Shown piece after piece: positions 41,572 through 53,827 of a DNA stretch of 64,000 nt. The stretch's first letter is position 1. Each line of letters begins with the position of its first letter. Location: contig CM119380.1 of the NCBI GenBank assembly GCA_051294905.1, forward strand, positions 17,422,001 through 17,486,000, given 5' to 3'. This DNA is from Botryllus schlosseri. Its lineage: Eukaryota. The notes below the pieces were generated by a model. It was not told the origin of the DNA, made no database searches, and saw only the letters and a list, made by a program, of their open reading frames with translations. The position numbers were made by a program, and so were the translations under genes.

Positions 41572-42156
41572 TATGGCAAATTTTTGCAACTTTTGGAGCT
41601 TTTTTGACAGCTTCCGACAGCTTCCTAGACCCAGAATTGATGTAGCATGAGGTTTACGCTGTAGGAATGTTATGTCGCAACTTTTTGCATCGTTTTCTCT
41701 ATTTTTCATGCAACTTTTTATTGTAACTTCAATCAAGTATTGAGCAAAATGTCAAGGACTGATTTTAAAAAATACTACAAAACTATTCCTAGTATGGCTC
41801 TATTCTCTTTGATTTGCATAACAAAGAGTTATGTGATGGATTAGCTGCATCTAAATGTCATCTATGACGCAACGGTTGACTTGCAAGCTACAAGTTTAAC
41901 AACCCAACCTGTGGTCCGCTAGACATTTTTCATCCAAGTCATATTTCGAACTTTGAATCTTAGCCTAATTATAATGTATCAGTCAGCTTTTAGGGGCGCA
42001 GTAATAGTATAGTATATGGGACCTGTTGGTTTATGCAACGGAACCTTTCGAGTATGTCATACCCCAATAATTTTAAAAGACGTGTGCATAAATGCAACTT
42101 TTGTTAAAATTAAGCGCATCTTTCTCACGATTTCAGTGCAACAAAAACTTGCCCTG
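41572..42156. mobile_element. hAT MITE (family of 24972-25475)
   Basis: Same CAGCTTCCGACAGCTTCCTAGA and GCAACAAAAACTTGCCCT blocks as 24972-25475; TSD decayed (5/8). Confidence 0.8.
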
Positions 42157-42352
42157 GCTATTACATCTTCAGTATATAATGTGATGATTGATCTCGTTTT
42201 TGCTATGAAATGTCCTAAGAGCTGATCTGGTGTTGAAAAGGGCCAGCCGTACGTCGTATTGAGCACCCAAGATGCTGCGCTGCTTGTCTTTAGAAGTAAA
42301 GACATGCAATTTCTTTGCCATGGCTTACAGGTTGGGATCCCATGCTTTATAC

Positions 42353-45040
42353 CAGAGGTCTCAAAAACGCGGCCCGCGAGAGCAGTTTGTGCGGCCCGCG
42401 ACGGCATTTAGGAATTTCAAGCATTCAACAATCCAAGTGCCATATATCTTTTTTAGATATAAGAACGTAAAGTTCAACGATAAAACCACTATAAAAATCA
42501 CAGGAATCGCAACAAACTTAACTATCAGAGAGAGAGAGAGAGAATCTTTATTCGTATACATTACATATCAACATAACACTACAAAAATGTAACAGTGAAA
42601 TGCGACATGCAAGGTAGACGGGAGGCTCGATATGACATAGTCTTCAGAGCCGAGCCACCCGGGACAGGAGCAATTTTCACAGTCGATAACTAATGAAAAA
42701 ATGAAATAAAATTAAAATAAACTAACGAACGAAAGGAAAAATAAGACACAGTATCATGGACCAAATTGAAATACAACGCAAATACAATTTACCGGTAGTT
42801 AGAGATAAGAGAATGAAAACATTGTTTTTTAAAAGCACAAGAGTCTAAATTGCGGAGATTAGGTGGCAGCTTATTCCAAACATTGACACCAATAAAACTG
42901 ATTGAATTTTGTACTAGGCTGGTAGAGTGGTGTTGCACAGACAGAGACAAGTTAGAAGAAAATCTGGTATGATGTTGGTGGGTATCTGAAGGTATCTTGA
43001 ACAGATCATCAAAACATAGTGGCAGTTCACCCTGATGATAGCTATGCATGAATTTCATTACCTCAAATTTGAAAACGTCTTCCACTTTCAATATTCTAAC
43101 GCTACGATACATGCTATTACAATTCTCATATCTAGATTTCCGACAGAGAATTCGTATGGCTCGGTTTTGCAAGACTTGCAATTTCTGCAGATGTTTTTTC
43201 GCAGCAGGTCCCCAAACTAGGATCACATAAATGAGATAGCAGTGAATTAAAGCATAGTAGACTGATCTGAGAGTTTGATGAGGAATTAAATTTTTAAGGC
43301 GATAGAGAGCCCCGACACCACGCGAGATTTTAGTTTTTATATTGTTGATATGATCAGACCATCCTAGTTTATCATCAATGATAATGCCAAGATATCTAAC
43401 AGTTTTATGTGTATCAAGATGTGCGTTATTTGCTATAATTCCACTGCGATTCACTTGTGTATGAAACACGACGGTTTTGGTTTGGGAGGCATTGAGCTGA
43501 AGTTGGTTAGATGCCATCCATTTTGACACTGTCGATAGCTTAGTGTTAATGTTGTCAAATGCATCAGATAAATTTTTACCGGGTATAACTAGACTGGTGT
43601 CATCAGCAAACAGTGTGATGTCATTGTCAAATAAATGACCAATATCATTGATGCAAATTATGAACAGCAGGGGCCCGAGAACTGATCCCTGAGGTACACC
43701 AGTCTGTATGGGTACTTGGGTAGTAATTCTGAATGCGTTGTTCCAATATGAACCATGTGGTAGAAGATCAGCTATTACGTCAGATTTCTAGTTCATGATG
43801 ATAAAACATGACCCGTTGATGATTCGTGACTGGAAATTATGATTTGGTTTGGTGCGACCTTCTCGTAAAATTACTCGATTTCGGATTGACTGGCTGGTTA
43901 AATAAAAATGACTTGAGTTGAGTCGGATCAAACGTTAAAATCAGAAGACTTGCGACCCGGAACGGTGACTTGGTAATCATACGGATGCATCAATATGTGA
44001 AACTGTCATGGGAATAGTAATACATCAAAAGGCCATAAGTTGCCTTGCGCAGGGTATATAGCTATCTAATAAGGCCAGCATGGCAACCATTGGTATTCTT
44101 TGACCCCGTGACGTATAGTTGGTTACATGCTGGGTATTCTTTGTTCTTCTTATCCATGTTATTACCGGTGGCGAGTAGGGTAGTAGTAGGCTCTTCAGCT
44201 GTAACACCAATGAATTCCTCGCGGATTGGACATTTCTATTCCAGGGGCTCTTACCCAGGGTCCGTAAACCCAATCGGGGTACGAACCACCACATCAGGGT
44301 GTACGAGATGTATTGTGGAATTAGGCCTATGTGCTGTTGAATATTTTCTTGGCCAATTTATTCAACTAGAAAATAGTCTTCGCGCTACACGCGATTTTGT
44401 GTGATGGGATTTCTGATTTTAATATAGGTACAATAAGAAATTGTGTTGAAAACTGACAGCCGGCTACGAGAAATCTTATTGGAAGCATAAAGGGTACGAT
44501 CGCTAAAGAAGGTTAAGAAGCAGTGTGGGCTCAATAATGATTATATTTAAGTTGTTATTGATATGTTCCAATAATAATCGAAGGAAAAATCTAACGCTGA
44601 TTTAATTTGACTTTGACAATGACAGTAACAATAGCCTATAGTTATCACGACTATGTCAACACCAGGATTAGGCGACACCGGTCAAATGCTCTGATATCAA
44701 TATTCTACATAAATTGTGGCACGTCAAAGGTCCACTAGTCGCAATATTATAACTCGCATGACGTCTATACCTCATTAATTAAAAAAAAAATTATGCTCGA
44801 CATGAAAACAATGTTATTCAAATATTTGAAAATTGGATTTTCTTTCGTGTCAAGCGTGAATAGTACAATAGTGAATTACATTTCCCCGATGTTTGTGGAG
44901 TGCCTGTCTGCAAGGTCCCGTCAAATAAGGGCTACTTGAAAATTATATACATTGAATATCCCTATTATTGATGCTGCGGCCCGCGGCGTCATCAAAACTA
45001 GGAAATTAGCCCGCGAGCACATTTGAGTTTGAGACCTCTG
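42353..45040. mobile_element. hAT (Charlie/Buster-like) element carrying a nested LINE
   Basis: TIR CAGAGGTCTCAAA/TTTGAGACCTCTG, TSD CTTTATAC at 42345-42352 and 45041-45048. A weak transposase-like remnant (IREEFIG...NNMDKKNK) lies at about 44050-44330 on the minus strand. Confidence 0.92.
42527..43725 (-). mobile_element. 5'-truncated CR1/L2-group LINE (RT C-terminal half, 3' UTR, (TC)n tail)
   Basis: Open frame TGVPQGSVLGPLLFIICIND...LFADDT...WMASNQLQLNASQTK...RYLGIIIDDKLGW..HI...YYALIHCYLIYVILVWG...LQNRAIR, stop at 42789. 3' UTR has a stem-loop, AATAAA and a (TC)n tail. Confidence 0.93.
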
Positions 45041-45589
45041 CTTTATACGTAGCTGTTCCTCTGTCTCGTGCCCGTGTGTTATCGATCAATGCGAGGTGGT
45101 CAGTAACGAAGTAATTCTACTTTTTCAAAGTGAGCAAGTGGTTCAAGCGCCCAGGTGGTTATGTTTTTCAGATTGCGACCACGTCTACTTAACGGTTTTC
45201 TAGGCAAGACCGTCACCGTAGAACTGGCAATAGTACGCGAACTCTCCGCCGAATATACTTTTCGCAGCTTCTCGAGTACTTTTCTGGTCTTTTATTTTCT
45301 GCTTCCACACAAAGTAGCTTTGGCACGTCTTGGAAATCTTTACTTTTATGGACATTGAGTAGAACGTTACGGTGGTTCGTCAACTTCTGCTCGAGTAGTT
45401 ATGTTGACTGCGTTGACCAACTTACTAGCAACGAGACGATGTATGCCCTTTTGCTACGAGGTAGCGAATAAATTTATCGGAAAATGAGCATGTCGCTCAA
45501 GAACCTACAGATGTTAAATTTGACGGACGGATTCATTTCTTGTTATCACACAGAGTGCACCCTGAGGCCCAAAAGAGTGTAACTCACAT

Positions 45590-46565
45590 GCAGCATGAAG
45601 ATAACTACCATCCTACCCACAAGAGGTAATCTAATGAGTATATCCAGAAAGCATTCCATCAAATGCGTGTACTGAAAAGCGAACAACGATCACGATCGAT
45701 CCCAGTTTTACCAGTAGGAATCTGGTATATATTTGGCAGAGACAGCTCACGCTGTATCGGTGCCCCGAGAAATCCCGCGCCGTAGGGTGTTTCAGGTAAA
45801 CCTGCATTCCTGTTCTCTCAATGCTGCATGAGCCTGGTGGGAAATTGTTTTCTATAAAGAAATGGGTATCACAATCGCGTTGCGATACCGTTTTTCACCG
45901 TGTCACATGCTCGAATGCCAGGCAACCAACTTAAATATAACTAAAATATTCACGGTAAGAACAACATTTATTCGTCATAAAGATTTTGTAACGTTAAATT
46001 TATTCACTAAAATCTTTTCGATTCTCATTAGTAGCGAACGTCAGTAAAATGGTGAATCAAATTCGGGAAATAGTCAGTCGATATACTTTTTATGAATAAA
46101 TTAACAATATGAATATATTGTTTCGTGTAACTCTCAAGCTCTGTACTCAAATGGCTTATTTACAGTTTCCCAACTGCTATGCCCTATGAGAAATAAATGT
46201 TGTTATGGTAAATATCTTATTACGTCTTACATTCAGGTTGGAAGCCCGGCATTCGGGCATGTGACACAATGAAAAAAGATATTGTAACGTGACTACGATA
46301 TCCATTTCTTTCTCTGTAACCAATCCAGACCGTATCCATGCATCCCCAGTACGACAGGAACGGATGTACTGCTAAATTTTACAGGGCACCGATACAGCAT
46401 CAGCTGTCTCTGCCAAACACATACGAGATTCCTCCTGGTAATTGATATTCTCGGTGAAACTGGAATCGAAATGTTTAACGCGATTGTCATCCTCATTTCA
46501 GTACGCGGATGGAATGCTCCTCAATTATTTTCCTTCAGGTAGAATGGTAGTGATTTTCATACCTT
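45590..46565. repeat. Diverged inverted duplication (arms about 45590-45765 and 46384-46565)
   Basis: The reverse complement of the left arm aligns with the right arm: GGGCACCGATACAGC..GAGCTGTCTCTGCCAAA.A.ATAC..AGATTCCT.CTGGTAA, TTTCAGTAC...GATGGAATGCT, GGTAG.ATGGTAGT.AT.TTCAT. Confidence 0.7.
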
Positions 46566-46647
46566 ATGAAAGGTCTTTCTTCATCGACCATAATGTAAAC
46601 GTTCAGTGATTACAAGAAAGGAGGCATCTGCGTGTCCTCTTTAACAT

Positions 46648-47030
46648 GGCTGTCCGACACTTGAGCATGTGACTTCATAACCCCCAAACCCCACCCTGAT
46701 CCTAACCGAACCATCACCTTGACCCACATCATCATGTGCCACACTGCGATCCACAGCTGCAACACCAATGGGGTTGCGAGTTCGAGTACGACACAGGTTG
46801 ACTCCAAAATTCCTACCCAAGCGCCGGTGGTATATCTTGGCAAGCCATATGACCCGTGTATGGGGTGTCTTACAACAGCCTAGAACGAAATGGGCCAGGC
46901 TACAAGTCGGTGGGACAGGAATCCTAACAAGGACTATCTTCCGGGTGTAAATGACCATAGCAGTCAAATCGCATGCCCAAGTGTCGAATGCCAAAGTGTC
47001 GCACGCAGTATCGTCGCATGCTCATTAGTC
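46648..47030. mobile_element. Probable MITE with internal telomere-like CCTAACC tract
   Basis: CGACACTTGAGCATG (about 46655) is an inverted match to CATGCCCAAGTGTCG (about 46972), which occurs as three 15-bp tandem variants. Internal AACCCCACCCTGATCCTAACCGAACC. No TSD found. Confidence 0.4.
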
Positions 47031-50000
47031 CACGGATCAATAGAGGCACCGACCTTGACACGTGATCGACCGACCCCCTTCTTAGGCGCTCTGGAGCGTT
47101 CCGGAGTAATCTCGTTGTCCGACAAGGGCGGGGTAGTCTGGCGTGCAATCCTCGAAGAAGGATCTGCTAAAATGGAATAATTCGTACCCCCTGTACTTTA
47201 ACGACGATATATTTAAGATATCACTTGGGAGCTCGCTCGAGTGTGAACTTGAATGTGACGACGGGGAGAAGTCTCTTGTGTGTCTCCTGGGCGGGTCACG
47301 TGTCTTACTGATTTTCGTCGATGTCTCAGGATCTTCCGCACGATGCGAGTCGACAGAACGGCTCGTACGCCGACGGCTGTGATGATATATGAAATATTCT
47401 TTTCATTTCAATTCGATATTAGTTGCTGAAGAGTATCAGCAGAAAGTAGGTGGGCACATCTCAATATCAATATATTAACTGATTGTACGTTGTAGTTCTG
47501 TACCTCCAAGATTAGAGAAGTACGTCGGAAGTGTACAAATCGCCAATTCAGAGTGGACACTGGCCGTACCCAAGTATAGGGGCTGGAAAAGCTTACTATA
47601 GTGCTTACTAAGACGGACAAAAGCTACTTTGGGTCGAGACAGCATGAGGCGACAGAGGCGTAAGGCAAATCTACACATAAACTTGTATAAATAGATGGCC
47701 AGTGATGAGGGTGCTTTACGTTTTCGAAATACTCAAATGCGTTTTGATTACGAGCGCTACTTACTCAAGCAGTTTTGTTATTAGAATACTTCCACTTTTA
47801 CCTGAATAGTTTGCCTTATGGGGCAAAACTAGTTATTTTTACACCTTCAATTTTCAAAAGTAGAAATAGTTTGGGATAAGTTTGCTTCAATTTTTTTGCG
47901 TGAAATCCCTGTATCTAACCCGTGAAATAACGTTCACAGTATCTGCTGAAGATATTGTCGAAAAAAGTACCTAATCGTAAGGACATAACTAGGGCGATTT
48001 TTTTTGGCATGTCAAAAAAAGTCAAAAATTGGTCAAAGTTGTTGTGTTAGGTCAAAAAATGTCAAAATTGTTTACAAAGTTAAAACTTTTCTGCAACCTG
48101 TATTTCATTTGTATCGTAGATTTTGCACTGTCGGTGAGCTTATCATTTGACATTTTACAGCTTGTAGCCTACTTCATAGGCCTGCCATTATAGACGGCCC
48201 ATTGTCTACTCATTGTGAATCATAAACATTACAATGAAACAAATAGGTTGACATGGTGTTATGCTCAACGTACCGCTATATACCAACTGAAGCAAGTCTG
48301 CGTGGGCATTGCATGGTTCTTATATCAAGAAGTGCATGATGAAAAATTGTGATGTAGACATCATTGCCAGAATGAAGCAACACGGTTTGTCACCAGCAGC
48401 GTACGCACAACTTCAGTGTTGCCAGCTGTGATGAACCAGACCAATGAACGTATGGTAGGCTTTTATTAACAATATCCCGACTAGCGCCGACACCATAAAC
48501 TAGCGATCCTCACTAGGTAAAGTCAGATGCAGAAATGAATGATTACTGCGCTGACAGCACCATGATCGTTCATGGGGCATGACAGCGCTCACGTGATACG
48601 CTATAGCGAAACCGACAAAACACGTCACCAGCCAACAACTACTGCTGTTGATCATTCTTTCTCCATTCTTGGCAAGCTACTTAGTAAGGACAGACACTTT
48701 CCACCCGAGAATGTGGGAAATTATCTTTAGTTGTGTCTAAAACAATTTCAATTATTTTTACCATAATTTGTAATGTAACGACTGGAATTCTTCATAGGGC
48801 CAGATTTTTCAAGTAAAAATTTGTCAGCTTTTGAGGCAAAAAAGTTTTTGTTCAGGCCAAACTACTTCGTAAGAACAGACAATTTCAACCAGAAATGAAG
48901 ATGAGTAGTACAATTCTAACATGATGTGGGTAAACATCCAATTTGCATATGTTAGGTCAAATTTGGTCAAAATTAACATTTTCAAGGTAAAGAAAAGTAA
49001 AATTTTGATTTTTTAGGTCAAAATCTTCCATTTTTGGGTGAAAAAATCGCCCTAGTCATTACTCATTTTGCGTTAGTCGCGAAGATGATTCTCGGAATCT
49101 CGAAAGTATCCACCGCTGAGTAACCACCAAATTATGCAAAATTGCTGCTTTTTAAAACTGCTTACTACTTCCACTTGAAGTAGGTACTACTTCTACTTGT
49201 GATAGAGTATAAATTTTTGGCGCTGCTTCTACTTCTACTTGAGTAGCAACACTGACTATACTGTGACAACCCCTGCTGGTTTCTAGTAGAGCGGGGCATG
49301 GACCGAAGCCGGATTGGATAGCCGGCCGGATTTTGTAATTTTTGGCCTGATACGGCCCTGTCCTGTCCCTGCCCTGTCCTCTTCGACCCTGGCATCTGTA
49401 GTTACATTGAGCAGTTTGTGGCAATAAACCGCATAGTAAGTCCAAGTTGACATGATTACTTGATCTTTTAGTTTTTACTTTCCATTTTTTTTCAATCAAT
49501 ATTCAATACCAACCTGTGTGTAGTTCATTATTATCCGAGTTTTTCAGACCGGATCAAGGCCATTTCTAGAATTCGGCTTAGGAGTCGGACCAGAGAATTA
49601 AAAAACAGGATCCGAATCGGATCACAGAATTTTCTTGATATGATCCGCACTAGTTTCTACTAGATCTCATTGAAACGGTTGACAACAAGGGTTATATTAA
49701 ACTCGAAGAGGCTCTGCTATGCTGGTATTCAGCGGAGTTGGTGTCATCGGATGATTTTACAGTCAACCACAATTAGGAACTCTTCAAGTTCTCTCATCCC
49801 TGACCGAACACATGTGATTACTCACATGCAATTACAAATAAAATCACAAATATATTAAAACTCATTTACCCTGATGAAATAGAAAGCATCCGAAGACCGA
49901 CCACCACATAATTTGTGCCGTCAATGGATGGTAACTGATAGTTACAGTTGTTATTATTGTTATAATATAGAAGAAAAGTGAACATTATATGAAGGGCAAA

Positions 50001-52262
50001 TGTCGACCAAGCCTTATTGCAGATAGTTTTGACAGCTCACATACAAACATTCTATGTCATTTCACCGTGCTAAATGATTTTATTAAAATTAGGAGCACTA
50101 GAGATACACTGAAAAATATTAACGAAGGTTCACTCACCCTCGTCCTGTCAGTGCAGTGGGTATCGGTGGATCTAAAACTAGATCGATGTCATTGGAATCT
50201 GTGCGGAGAGAGGAGAGAACGTATGTATTTATTTCATGCACATACCATCAAGACATTAGGCATAGTAACATCTTGAAATCGTCAAGATGCATTGGTGTGA
50301 TAGCTTGCAAGTAACTGGCATGATAATATGCCTTGCACATAAATTCCGGCTTCCATTTATCTATCACGTTCACCAGGGGTGTGCATTGCGCAACTCGCGG
50401 CCCGCAGAGAACATTGTCGATATCAACGGCTCAGAAACCTAATCAAATACCAGCAGACATAGCCAGTAGCCACACACATCCCATACATAACATGACAATT
50501 GAATATACATTGCTGGTTAAGACATACCAAGTCTCTTTGGTTTTCTCTGTTTAGGTCTTCCTTGACTTTGCGATCGTTGATGTTTGCTCTGCAGAATCAG
50601 TAGCCGAGTTAATACGGAGCTCGAGATATTTCAATTTCATTAGAAGTTTTGAGGCCAGTACAGATGAATCTTATTCTCATTTTACAAAAGATGATGTCCG
50701 CGAATTCACGAGTGGATCGGACAACATCCAGCAGGTCTTATACATTTCCTACAACTAAGAAGAGTGCATGTGAAGCTACCGACAATAACACTATCCATAT
50801 TTCCTCGTAGCACTACAAATATCCACTCCATCAAACTATGATCCAAGATCTTGATATGGGAGAGGTGGCTGCACTGTTCCGTGGCTTGACAAAACCATTC
50901 TTGCAAATGAAATAAATGGTAGATAGTATGATGTTCGTCTCCAAAAAAAGTACAAATAGTAGCAAGACCTACCAAGGGCTGAAATCAATTAGCTGGTATA
51001 GTATCATCTGAAACTGCGCTACTTATCAAAGCTTTCATAACTAATAAATAAGTCATGTGCAGGCATACAAATAGTTATCTCTACTTCTGACTAACATCAG
51101 TGTAATGGCCTACATGGGCATATGCAAAATGTTGTGGTGCTCAATATTTGACAGGCGTCAATGTACTTTTGGAATGCGCTGTGACCAACCCACCTGCCTA
51201 CGATGTGAGGCTCCTGGAGTTGTAGAAGGCAATGGTTCTAACACGGTCGGGCGAATAGTTTTTGTGAATTTCGGAGTGAACGATTCGCTGACCACCTCAA
51301 ACGACTGCTTATTCTTCGGGATATGCGCTGCACACGTACAATATTTCCGGTTCGGATCTCAAGGCATTATGCAAACCATGATTTTGCTTACTTGGCGTTG
51401 ACCTTGGTGTTGGGCTTGAGATGGGCCCTGGTGTCGGTGGTGGTCTGACCCTGACAGAATACAATCAATATTCATTCAGCGCCAGTTGTATCCACAATAA
51501 TTGATAAAGGTCGACAGTTCATTGAACAATTGAAGTAGTTTTGAAGTCGTGGAAATCGTTTATTCTACTTGTAATGAAGTCAAAATTTACAGAGCTGTCT
51601 CTACTTTCACTTGAGAGCAAACCATGACTACTTTGACCACCTCTGAAATTAGGACATTTGGTATGTTGAGCCAAAATTAAGCCAGGGAACCTACGACATT
51701 TTAGATTAGTATTCTGCAGCGGGATCGAACTTTTGCGGAAGGTACATAGAGTAATTTTCAGATGGTCGCTTTGTAAATGCCAATATAAATATTACTTTAC
51801 AGAAAATATTAATAATGATATCCAGAAGGACATTTCAATACAGCAAAGATAAACACTTTTTATTTCATGACATAATCCTTGCATTGCAAGAAGACGAATA
51901 AGACCAACTCGGGAAAGCATGTCCCTATGACAGTCATAGCTTGCCCATATCAACATAGGGAATAGCATAAGAACTTGCCGAAAATATCATGTCGAAAATG
52001 ATGTCGCTGTATGAACTCCGACACCCTTTGGGCAACTATTTTACGAAATCAGTTCTAGTTCGATGATCAGTGATGCATGAAGTCGGGAGCTGTGACGTAA
52101 TATGCGATGGCAATCGTTGGTGACTGCCGACTGAATTATCAAATTGTGGCACTGGCACAAAATTGACAAAGAAGAAGAAAATAACTCCTACGGTTTTCTT
52201 GCGTCCTTTACAACGTATGGAGTTGCCGGTTGTGGTTGAGTGACTGGTTGAGGTCGCGGTCG
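46964..52262 (-). CDS. Putative cytoplasmic-tail exons of the cbEGF membrane protein (Pro/Arg/Ser-rich, disordered)
   Basis: Phase-compatible AG/GT exons: 52192-52262 (RPRPQPVTQPQPATPYVVKDARKP), 51392-51450 (VRPPPTPGPISSPTPRSTP), 51194-51327, 50528-50588 (SKHQRSQSQGRPKQRKPKRL), 50138-50198, 47225-47376 (RRRTSRSVDSH...SSHSSSHSSELP), 46964-47166. Includes 64-nt and 58-nt AT-rich introns. The first five exons are better supported than the last two; the true stop is uncertain. Confidence 0.55.
47990..49054. mobile_element. Non-autonomous hAT element
   Basis: TIR TAGGGCGATTTTTT/AAAAAATCGCCCTA, subterminal GTCAAAA repeats, degenerate TSD GACATAAC/GTCATTAC (6/8). Confidence 0.8.
49287..49652. mobile_element. 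hAT MITE
   Basis: Ends TAGAGCGG/CCGCACTA, subterminal CCGGAT/ATCCG repeats, TSD GTTTCTAG/GTTTCTAC (7/8). Confidence 0.75.
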
Positions 52263-52522
52263 CTGAAATAATATACATCAAAATTGGAAAATAATTGAAA
52301 TTAAATACAAAGTAAGATGTAGACTTCTCATTCTTAGTCAATAGAAGCTACAGCTGAGAGACTACAGAACAAAAGACATGAACTTTGATATTTCTTTGGC
52401 TCAATCGTGTAGTTTATCGACCTGAATGCCTTATGCTTGGTGATATTGGATTGTCATTAGTGGCTACTTTGAACAGTTGCATAGACGGAGTTTAAAATTA
52501 CATTTACTCTCTTCGTCATTAT

Positions 52523-53500
52523 GAGAGAGAGAGAGAGAGAGAGAGAGATCTATTTCGTCAACCGATGGCGGCAAAATGAAAGTATAAATATGCAACAGAC
52601 AAACAGTGCTTCGGTATCGGTATTGACTGGTACCGGTGATATGATCATAAAGATCTTCGAGTCAACCGGTACCGCAGTAAATGGTTATTCAAAGAAAATA
52701 ACGTCACAAACTAAAACAACTAAAGAAAATAATGTCATAAACTGACAACTGAACAGGGTAACAAAATATGTCATACAAAATGCAATATTCATGGAGCAGC
52801 AATATTAAGAGAAGATATCACAGTTACACAGAATCAATGTATCGATATGCACAATGAGCAAATATATGGGTTGCAGATTTATATATTCAGAGTGGATAGT
52901 GTTCAGGTGCGACTAGTATTTACTTAGGAGATAATCCAACATCCCTGTCTTGAATGAACAATAATTTGAGTCTTTTAAATGTGCTGGAATCTCTTTGTTC
53001 CATACATCAATACCTGCTCGTTTGAATGGAGGGAAACCTCTGTCAGAGTGGGACATGAATAAGTTGGCGTTCGTGACAGACCGTGTGCTATGACTATGGA
53101 CATCACTGCAATATTGAAAATAGTGTTGCAGAGAGACGGGGACTTGCAGCTGATTAATTTTATACATCACTTTGGCCAGTTCAAAGACATAGATATCGCT
53201 AATTTTGAGGATACGCAATTTTTTGTAATATGGATCAAGTCGACTCTAAAGGGGTATTCTGGCAATTGCTCTTAGAGCTTTGTTCTGGATCACCTGCAGC
53301 TGGTTCAGTCGGGTTTTGGTAGCAGATCCCCAAACTATAATACCATACTGTAGGTGGGAATGAATGATAGAAAAATAAAGAGTGCGTAGAAAAGGTTTTG
53401 GAACTATTTGGTTAACCTTCCATGAGCATTCCCTTCAACAATTAAATGATGAACTAAGTAGAAAGTGTGGAAAGCAAGTGATATTGATGACATGGATGAC
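52523..53500 (-). mobile_element. Second, divergent 5'-truncated CR1/L2-group LINE with (TC)n tail
   Basis: Decayed ORF2 end: FYAL..HLQYGIIVWGSATKTRLNQLQVIQNKALRAI...LRILKISDIYVFELAKVMYK...HSHSTRS...RAGIDVWNKEIPAHLK...FK..LLSKY*. 3' UTR stem-loop and (TC)n tail. Confidence 0.88.
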
Positions 53501-53563
53501 AGTCTATACAATTGTTGCATTTAATTGATAAATATTTCATGAACGCCATCCCAACATCTGAAG

Positions 53564-53766
53564 CAGGGGTGTCTAACTCAAAGCAGCTAAAAATTTCCGG
53601 GTTTACCAGTGCAATTTATAGGTGTCGCAAGAATCAGGTAATTGTTCAGATGTATCAAACATTCGTTCTAGATTACATGAAGTTAGTTCTGGGAGTTACA
53701 TCACGCTCCGTTAAATCAGGAATTCTGCTGATGTAACCCTCGAAAAAAATGATTTTGACACCCCTT
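53564..53766. mobile_element. Short decayed hAT MITE
   Basis: CAGGGGTGTCTAA ... TTTGACACCCCT inverted ends; TSD only 5/8. Confidence 0.55.
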
Positions 53767-53827
53767 TATAAAGATTAGAATAAATTGAATAAATAAATAA
53801 ATGGAATAAACGATAAGTTTTACGTAC

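Noticed and set aside
44045-44404. 119-aa ORF and exon-like segments
   Set aside because: They lie inside a TSD-bounded hAT element and are better explained as a decayed internal transposase region.
49870-50750. Additional candidate tail exons (49870-49934, about 50250-50275, about 50680-50750)
   Set aside because: Their phases are incompatible or give immediate stops, and the composition does not fit; the simpler exon chain stays open without them.
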